Shown here piece after piece: positions 1 through 5,440 of a stretch of 32,000 bases of DNA. This DNA comes from an uncultured Actinomycetes bacterium (GTDB taxonomy: Bacteria; Actinomycetota; Actinomycetes; S36-B12; CAIYMF01), in NCBI GenBank assembly GCA_963843975.1, contig CAWJMG010000001.1, forward strand, positions 1,260,001 through 1,292,000. The letters are read 5' to 3'. The notes beneath the pieces were generated by a model, which worked only from the letters and a program-made list of their open reading frames with translations, did not search any database and was not told the origin of the DNA. The translations under genes and the position numbers were made by a program. Each line of letters opens with the position of its first letter. Position 1 is the first letter of the stretch.

Positions 1-498
1 GACGTCGAAGGTGACCCCAGCCGGCACCGTCCATCCGGGTGCGGTGAGCCGGACCGGGAAGATCCGCTTGGTCGAGGTCTTGGACACCGGGTCGGCGAAC
101 GACACGGCGGTGCCGAGAGCGGTGGCGCTGCGGCTCGACGCTGCACCCGGGTTGCCCGACGTGTCGTCCGCGCTGAACGAGTAGGCGTAGGTCGCTCCGA
201 GCGTGAGGCCGGTGTCGGTCCACGTCATGGTGCTGGCGGGGGCGGGCGGCAGCGGCACCGTGAACGGGACAGCAACGCCGCCCGTCGGCGTCCGCGTGAC
301 CAGGAGGTTCGCCCGGTCCGAGTCAGATGGCAGGTCGAGCGTGAAGATGATCGACGAGCCGGCGAGGACGGCGGGGTGCGGCGTCACCGAGCCGGGTGGA
401 GTCGTGTCGCCGACCGCGGACGCCGGTGACGGCGCGACCAGCACCGTGAGAAGCGCCCCGGACGCGACGGCAACCCACACAGAAGGACGAACGACCAT
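1..498 (-). CDS. secreted hypothetical protein, N-terminal 166 aa only (3' end runs off the window)
   Basis: Absent from the ORF track because it is open to the window edge. Manual translation from ATG (complement of 496-498) gives MVVRPSVWVAVASGALLTVLVAPSPASA/VGDTTPPGSVTPHP... with no stop down to position 1. It has a basic n-region, a hydrophobic core and an A-x-A site, i.e. a Sec signal peptide. Third-position G/C bias is as strong as in the core genes. Confidence 0.55.
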   Translation of the reverse strand, partial: MVVRPSVWVAVASGALLTVLVAPSPASAVGDTTPPGSVTPHPAVLAGSSIIFTLDLPSDSDRANLLVTRTPTGGVAVPFTVPLPPAPASTMTWTDTGLTLGATYAYSFSADDTSGNPGAASSRSATALGTAVSFADPVSKTSTKRIFPVRLTAPGWTVPAGVTFDV

Positions 499-617
499 GA
501 CCCCACCCCTGAACGACGACGACCCCCGCCGGAACCACATCACGGACCGGAAGGTTCCGGCATCGTCCGTTGTGATCAGACCGCGGCCGTTCGGCGCAAC
601 GTCGCCCGGGATGTGCG

Positions 618-644
618 AAGGGCGGCCCCGTCGGGACCGCCCTT
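618..644 (-). terminator. GC hairpin just outside attL; probable native terminator of tRNA-Leu before the insertion
   Basis: AAGGGCGG (618-625) pairs with CCGCCCTT (637-644), plus an inner CCC/GGG extension. It lies 7 nt outside the 22-bp repeat copy, where the tRNA 3' flank would be in an empty site. Confidence 0.4.
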
Positions 645-651
645 GCGTCAC

Positions 652-673
652 GTGCGCGAGGGGGGAGTTGAAC
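652..673. repeat. attL: 22-bp direct repeat identical to the 3' end of tRNA-Leu
   Basis: GTGCGCGAGGGGGGAGTTGAAC at 652-673 is identical to 14773-14794 (acceptor and T-arm of tRNA-Leu, + strand reading). Identity stops after 22 bp (T vs C), with only patchy similarity beyond. Confidence 0.75.
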
Positions 674-790
674 TCCGAGTGGGGTACGACCGTTCGTTGG
701 TGTCACGTGCCGTGGACTGCCATCGCCGCAGGTCAGGCGTCCGCTGACTGACGGGACTGCTCGGTTAGCGGGCTGTATTCACAGGTTGTT

Positions 791-810
791 CGTGACCAAC
801 TGCGTGACCA
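791..810 (+). promoter_or_regulatory. two direct CGTGACCA repeats, 12-bp period (candidate integrase arm-type / Xis sites, left end)
   Basis: CGTGACCA at 791-798 and 803-810, about 118 bp inside attL. The same GTGACCA core is repeated with the same 12-bp period near attR (14684-14704). Confidence 0.45.
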
Positions 811-1015
811 CTGGGTCCCGGGCGCGCGCTCGCATCTAGTCAGCCGCGAACACCGCTGCGTGGCGCCAGGTCGCTCTGCTTGGGCCAACGCCTTCCAATC
901 CACCCCCAAACGCCTAGACCCGCCCAGTGGTTGGAGCGTCACCGGTGGACGCGACCAGGCTCCGATCGCCACGAGCTGCGAGTGGCCACGGGTTGGGGCC
1001 AACCCATCTGTCGCC

Positions 1016-1447
1016 TCAGGCAGTCGCGCGGCTATCCGCCCTACCCACAACCGGCTCGACCGCATCCACCAACCGCTTCAGTTCCAGGTAGTAGCGGTCC
1101 TGCAGTCCTTCGGTACCGAATTCAAGAACCGCCTGAGCCCGGCAAAACGCTGCCAGCGCCTCGCTTTGCCGGAGTGCCTCGTCCTCAGGCGTTTGGTGGG
1201 AGCCTCCCGCTTCTGACTTGCGACCGTAGGCGGCAACCTCGTGTCGGAAGTTGCGAAGGTTGCGCTCGAAGGATTCGACCAGCGCCTTCGCTCGCTTGTA
1301 GTCGCGATCAGCGCCACGGCGACAGGTCTCCGAACAGAACTCACGTCGTCGACCGCGCCCCGCCGTCTGGACGATCGGATTGCGGCAAGAGAGTCGACCG
1401 CAGTACTCGACGACCTCAAAGTCTTGATCGGTGAGGGGCTCAGTCAT
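1016..1447 (-). CDS. hypothetical Cys-rich (zinc-ribbon-like) small protein, possible regulator
   Basis: 143-aa ORF. The N-terminus carries C-x4-C ... FC-x3-C (CGRLSCRNP...FCSETCRR) followed by a predicted helical region. The opposite-strand ORFs (880..1434, 1241..1660) look like shadows. No family assigned. Confidence 0.55.
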   Translation of the reverse strand: MTEPLTDQDFEVVEYCGRLSCRNPIVQTAGRGRRREFCSETCRRGADRDYKRAKALVESFERNLRNFRHEVAAYGRKSEAGGSHQTPEDEALRQSEALAAFCRAQAVLEFGTEGLQDRYYLELKRLVDAVEPVVGRADSRATA

Positions 1448-1462
1448 GATGGTCCGTTTGTT

Positions 1463-1700
1463 CGCGCGAAATTGGGCTCATTGGCTGCACCTTTGGGGCT
1501 CTCACGCCACGAGAATCTCACGCTCAGACCACTCGGCGAGGGTTGGCGCGCCGAACTACAACGATGTTTTTGCGCGCGAATATGGGCGCTTTTCACGGCC
1601 GATTGTCCGCTGAGCCCGGCGTGGCGGGCGCTCAGCACGGCAGGGGCGGTGTACGACTAGATCTGTCCGGGTCCAGATGGCCGGGACGTAAGCGCGCGAA
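1463..1700. promoter_or_regulatory. divergent control region with three CGCGCGAA repeats
   Basis: CGCGCGAA at 1463-1470 (inside the perfect palindrome TTCGCGCGAA 1461-1470), 1573-1580 and 1693-1700. All are in the same orientation within the 383-bp gap between the divergent genes 1016..1447(-) and 1830..2156(+). Confidence 0.3.
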
Positions 1701-1764
1701 AACACCAAAGCGCCCGGCGGCTAGGCCGGGCGCTAAGGCGCACGAGACGGTGATGTCTCTGCAT

Positions 1765-1784
1765 GTGATCTGTCATGACATCAC
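1765..1784. promoter_or_regulatory. near-palindromic operator-like site upstream of the DUF1508 gene
   Basis: GTGATCTGTCATGACATCAC contains the perfect palindrome TGTCATGACA (1771-1780). GTGATGTC (1750-1757) is also mirrored by GACATCAC (1777-1784). The site lies about 45 bp upstream of the GTG start at 1830, whose SD is GAAGGAGAAG. Confidence 0.35.
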
Positions 1785-1829
1785 TCCTTCTGGTGCTCGC
1801 GCAATGCCTCGAAGCAGAAGGAGAAGCAG

Positions 1830-2156
1830 GTGCGGTTCAGCGTAGGTAAGGACACCGGCGGTCACGACACGTGGTGGCTCTACGGCGCCAACAACGAGCT
1901 GGTCGCGTGGGCAGGCGAGTCATTCGCTTCTGCCTTCAACGCCCAGCGTGCTGCGAAGTCGTTCAAGGCTGGGGCCAAGTCCGCCCGGTACGACATCTAC
2001 CTTGACGACGCGGGCGCTTACCGCTGGCGGGCGTGGCGGTCCTCGGACAAGGTGGCGTCCTCCGGTCAGTCGTTCTCGAGCCGGGCGGCGGCTCAGATCG
2101 CGGCAGACAATGTCCGGGACAACGCCGGCGGCGCGAGCGGCCTCCCTGAGGCCTAG
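1830..2156 (+). CDS. DUF1508 / YegP-like protein (two tandem repeats)
   Basis: 108 aa with two ~45-aa repeats (..WWLYGANNELVAWAGESFASAFNAQRAAKSFKAGA.. and ..YRWRAWRSSDKVASSGQSFSSRAAAQIAADNVRDNA..). These fit the YegP/DUF1508 repeat pattern as I recall it. A good SD precedes the GTG start. Confidence 0.75.
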   Translation: MRFSVGKDTGGHDTWWLYGANNELVAWAGESFASAFNAQRAAKSFKAGAKSARYDIYLDDAGAYRWRAWRSSDKVASSGQSFSSRAAAQIAADNVRDNAGGASGLPEA

Positions 2157-2205
2157 CGATAGTGGGGGCTGGTCGGCGCTGGACGCCAGCCAGTCCCCAC
2201 TATCG
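2157..2205. terminator. bidirectional hairpin terminator between convergent genes
   Basis: CGATAGTGGGGGCTGG (2157-2172) pairs with CCAGTCCCCACTATCG (2190-2205). One G:T position is a wobble only in the + transcript. There is an inner GGCG/CGCC extension. Confidence 0.6.
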
Positions 2206-2221
2206 CCGTCCCGCGGTGTCT

Positions 2222-3133
2222 CTACAGAGGAACTCGGAGTTCCGGCTGCTTCAATCTCACAGCGAGTGGCACGGAGTCCCGGTAGAGACTCGCCTTGGTG
2301 TCATCCAACCGGTCGCACCAAGGCGTCGTGACGGTGAAGCCGACGTCCTTAGCTCGCTTCTCGAAAGTTTTGGACAACGCGGTCCATCGATCGACCGCGG
2401 CTGGGTGCAGGGCGCCCTTGGACAGAACGAGCAGAGTGACCGATCTGGGTGTGAGCCGACTCCCCGTGATCAGTATCCGCACCTCGGCCACCTGACTCCA
2501 CCAGGAGGAGTCGTCGATACCACTGGTCTCGATCGCGCGATTGATCTCCGCAACCATCGTGCCCGACAGGAAGTCGTGCAGCGCCGGACGCGCGACCTTC
2601 GCTGCGAGATGGTTTGCGAACCGGAGTTCGTCGACTTCGCCTGCGAAGGCCGGTACGGGCTCTACCTCCAGTAGAAGCGCTTTGCTGAGTGGCAGGCTGA
2701 TTCGAAGGTCCGCGACATAGCGGCCATCGAGGCTGGCGCCCGTCAGTCCAACGCGATCGACAAGGGCGAACGTGATGAGTTCGGTCCATCGGTGCTCCGG
2801 ACAGCCCTGCAACTGGAGGACGGGGCTCACCTGCACGAACGGATGCCGAGCGCCAGGCCCAGTGGCGGCAATGTCGCACGTCTGCGACGTGATGATGAAG
2901 AACTCGGCCTGCGACGTCCAGACCGCGACTCCCGCCTCCTCGTGGTCCGGTATCGCTACGGGATCAATTCCGGTCACCGGGTCAGTCGCGGCGCTCGGCG
3001 CCTGCCAACTGAGGTCCGCGGCGCGAACGAGATGCCCCTGGATCCAGCGGTCGAGAGACGCGCGCTGATCTGGGCTCCACACGCGCGGGGTCACGGCCGC
3101 TAGGAGTCCAAGGTCTCCGTCAGTGGCAGGCAT
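2222..3133 (-). CDS. hypothetical protein, cassette gene 3 (303 aa, no family recognised)
   Basis: Part of ORF 2222..3577. The first start after the upstream stop is ATG at 3131-3133 (MPATDGDLGLL...), 10 nt downstream of the gene-2 stop. Contains FFIITSQTCDIA and a C-terminal region SKTFEKRAKDVGF. Ends at the 2157-2205 terminator. Confidence 0.65.
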   Translation of the reverse strand: MPATDGDLGLLAAVTPRVWSPDQRASLDRWIQGHLVRAADLSWQAPSAATDPVTGIDPVAIPDHEEAGVAVWTSQAEFFIITSQTCDIAATGPGARHPFVQVSPVLQLQGCPEHRWTELITFALVDRVGLTGASLDGRYVADLRISLPLSKALLLEVEPVPAFAGEVDELRFANHLAAKVARPALHDFLSGTMVAEINRAIETSGIDDSSWWSQVAEVRILITGSRLTPRSVTLLVLSKGALHPAAVDRWTALSKTFEKRAKDVGFTVTTPWCDRLDDTKASLYRDSVPLAVRLKQPELRVPL

Positions 3134-3143
3134 CAGCGACTGT

Positions 3144-3899
3144 TCAACGATCTGCGGAGTCGGCGGCCGCGAACCTCGACGCCAACTCCCACGACAACGG
3201 ATCATCGAAGTCGCCCCGCTGGCTAGCTTCGGCGAGAGCCTCCCGAACGAGTTCACGATGTCGGCCCTGCTGGATGAGGTCCCGTCTCGCGGCCCCGCCC
3301 GCGCGCACCCAGCTTGAAACATCATCAACCTGTCCGCAGAGGGTCTCGACGGACTGTACGAACGACCAGAGGTCCCCTTGCGTATCCAGCCGAGGTGCCA
3401 CTCCGTTCTGCCAGTTGAACCAGTTGCGCTGCTTGATGTGCGAGCCCTTGACCACATCGCTGTCGGGAACACCCAGCTTCTCAGCGAGCCATCGCACGGC
3501 CGCCACAGCATCGCCGGGCCTTGCTGGTGCCGTGTCGGTTCCGCGAGGGCCGGCCGCCTCCGTGACGACCGCCACAACCCCAGACACCGTGGACCAAAGC
3601 AGCACGGGAGAGTCCGTACGCCACCCCTCGAGGGGGATCGTCAACGTGCACCTGCGACGCCAAGTCGCGGCGCTGCCGGTGACAAGCTCAGCGACAAGTC
3701 GCGTGGAGACACCGCCGTCGGCGTTCATGGCGAAGGATTGTCCGGCGGCCGGGTGTTCCCAGACACGAAGCACATCTCGCACAACGGAGTTGGCGACCGT
3801 GCCCAAGGCGATCGGCGTTCCATCGAACATCGTTTCGGGGAACAGCTCGTCTCCGAACTCCCCCGTCACGCCCACCAACGAGGAGGCCATGACTGCCAT
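3144..3899 (-). CDS. hypothetical protein, cassette gene 2; C-terminal half resembles an Xre-like HTH + DUF2384-type antitoxin module (tentative)
   Basis: ORF 3144..3908 has a TTG start. ATG at 3897-3899 is more likely (MAVMASSLVG...) and lies 1 nt after the gene-1 stop (TGAcATG). The segment RWLAEKLGVPDSDVVKGSHIKQRNWFNWQNGVAPR looks like an HTH with the W..G..P tail. It is followed by SSWVRAGGAARRDLIQQGRHRELVREAL. The N-terminal ~130 aa are unassigned. Confidence 0.65.
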   Translation of the reverse strand: MAVMASSLVGVTGEFGDELFPETMFDGTPIALGTVANSVVRDVLRVWEHPAAGQSFAMNADGGVSTRLVAELVTGSAATWRRRCTLTIPLEGWRTDSPVLLWSTVSGVVAVVTEAAGPRGTDTAPARPGDAVAAVRWLAEKLGVPDSDVVKGSHIKQRNWFNWQNGVAPRLDTQGDLWSFVQSVETLCGQVDDVSSWVRAGGAARRDLIQQGRHRELVREALAEASQRGDFDDPLSWELASRFAAADSADR

Positions 3900-3900
3900 G

Positions 3901-4743
3901 TCACTCAACCGTGCCCCCCGCGGACGAACCCTTGTCGTAAACCAAACCTAGTTCGGCAGCGTACGCATCCGTGAGCGCCTGACGAAACGTCTCCGCCGCA
4001 GCCCGATTCAAGGCTGTGAACGCAGCCAACGCAGACGCGCCATTCAGCGGTTCCGCACGGTCGTCGAACACGTCCAGGTCGAACAGGTAGCTGTAGCGAT
4101 GGCGAGCGGCTGCGTCAACGAAGACGCCATGTCGCAGAACCGACTTCGTGCCGTCCTCGTTGCTCAGCTCCAGCTGCTGATGGGCCTGGGTCACTCTTGA
4201 TGCTAGGTAGCCGCCGGCCACTGGTCCAAGCAGGGAGGAGTCCAGGTGCTTCGCCCACCTCGACGGGCTGTCGGCTTCGGAGTCCGTCAGTCGATTTACG
4301 TAGCGAAGCCCGACCCGGACCCGCAGCGCGTTCTCGTACGCGACCTCGACCCACCTGAGAACCGGTACCAGCAACGGCTCGAACGTCTCACTCCATCGCG
4401 CGTATCGACTAGTTTGAACCAGGACCGTCCCCGGGAGGATGCTCAGGTGCACCTGAGTCGGCTCGTCGACCAGTTCCCACCCACGCGCCACCTCACCCCG
4501 TACTGACTGCCCGCCGTCTGGGTTAACCGACACGGTCACCTCCTGGCGCACCGCCTCGTTGATCACATTGAAGCTATGCCCGCCCGCGCGCAATGCGTCC
4601 CGGAGGGTCAAGGCGGCATCCCGGTCGACCTCGGGCGCGGCCGTGTTGAACCTCAACTCAGCGACGGCAACCTCGATCGCTGGCCGCTCCAGGGTGAAGT
4701 GACGACCGGTCGTGCCGGCGGTCGACGTCTCAGGACTCGTCAT
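3901..4743 (-). CDS. hypothetical protein, cassette gene 1; resembles the sporadically distributed TIGR04255 family (tentative)
   Basis: 280 aa with a strong SD (AAGGGGG) 6-7 nt upstream of the ATG. The N-terminal PAIEVAVAELRF motif and the ~270-aa length match my recollection of TIGR04255 proteins. This needs HMM confirmation. Confidence 0.75.
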   Translation of the reverse strand: MTSPETSTAGTTGRHFTLERPAIEVAVAELRFNTAAPEVDRDAALTLRDALRAGGHSFNVINEAVRQEVTVSVNPDGGQSVRGEVARGWELVDEPTQVHLSILPGTVLVQTSRYARWSETFEPLLVPVLRWVEVAYENALRVRVGLRYVNRLTDSEADSPSRWAKHLDSSLLGPVAGGYLASRVTQAHQQLELSNEDGTKSVLRHGVFVDAAARHRYSYLFDLDVFDDRAEPLNGASALAAFTALNRAAAETFRQALTDAYAAELGLVYDKGSSAGGTVE

Positions 4744-4979
4744 TTGACCCCCTTCGTAAATTGCACTCTACTTGCATAACAGCGGCTACCGACAATCGGT
4801 GCCGCGACACTCCGCCGTTCGAGTAGCGATGGAGCCGAGCCGCAAGTACTCGCAGCCAGCCGGTCAGAACGCGGCATCCCAGGTGCCAGTGCATGCGGCG
4901 GGCAGTCGTCGCGCCACTCGTCGCGGCGGGCGACAATCCACGCGACAACCAGTTGGGCCTCGGCGGAGACGCTAGGCAT
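4740..4979 (-). CDS. possible small ORF (79 aa) translationally coupled to cassette gene 1
   Basis: ATG at 4977-4979 (MPSVSAEAQLVVAWIVARRDEWRDD...). Its stop overlaps the gene-1 start as ATGA. The first third has coding-like third-position G/C, the rest does not, and there is no clear SD. Confidence 0.25.
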   Translation of the reverse strand: MPSVSAEAQLVVAWIVARRDEWRDDCPPHALAPGMPRSDRLAASTCGSAPSLLERRSVAAPIVGSRCYASRVQFTKGVK

Positions 4980-5380
4980 CTGCCAACACATCGAGTCACG
5001 CCGCCGACGGCAACCCCTCCGGCATCCCGGAGGCACTCAATCCGCCTCGATAGCGACCGACGTTCGCCGTCAGCCTTGAGTCCCGCCACGGACGGCTGCT
5101 TGATCGAGAGCCGGACACCGTGAGGCGGCCCCACAAGTCTTGATACGGACTAGGCGGTCCAGCGTCGGCCGTGGCGTTCGTCCCCTTCCCAGTGTCGGCC
5201 CTTCAGGCGGTGGCGGGTAAGCAGCGGACTCAGCCCGTTCGGCATTGGGCCTTGCAGTGATCGGCCCGTCAGGCTCACTCGCTGACAACCGAAACGCAGT
5301 GTCCGGCGTTGCGACGTGCCCTCCATCCGCGGCTGAAATCTCACCAGACATGTGCATTGTCGGCGTGCGCTGCTACGGTC

Positions 5381-5407
5381 GTAATCGGTTGTGCTGCAAC
5401 GGATTAC
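5381..5407 (+). promoter_or_regulatory. candidate oriT inverted repeat upstream of the relaxase gene
   Basis: GTAATCGGTTG-TGCTG-CAACGGATTAC pairs at 10 of 11 positions, 34 bp upstream of the relaxase start. The position is typical for MobF oriT hairpins. No nic consensus could be verified. Confidence 0.3.
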
Positions 5408-5440
5408 CGGATCGTACTGGTTGATGATGGGTGGTGGTCG

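Noticed and set aside
674-1015. ORFs 733..1065(-), 860..1216(+), 880..1434(+) in the left arm of the island
   Set aside because: No coding-type codon bias and W/R/S-rich translations. The region more plausibly holds the recombination arm with the GTGACCA repeats.
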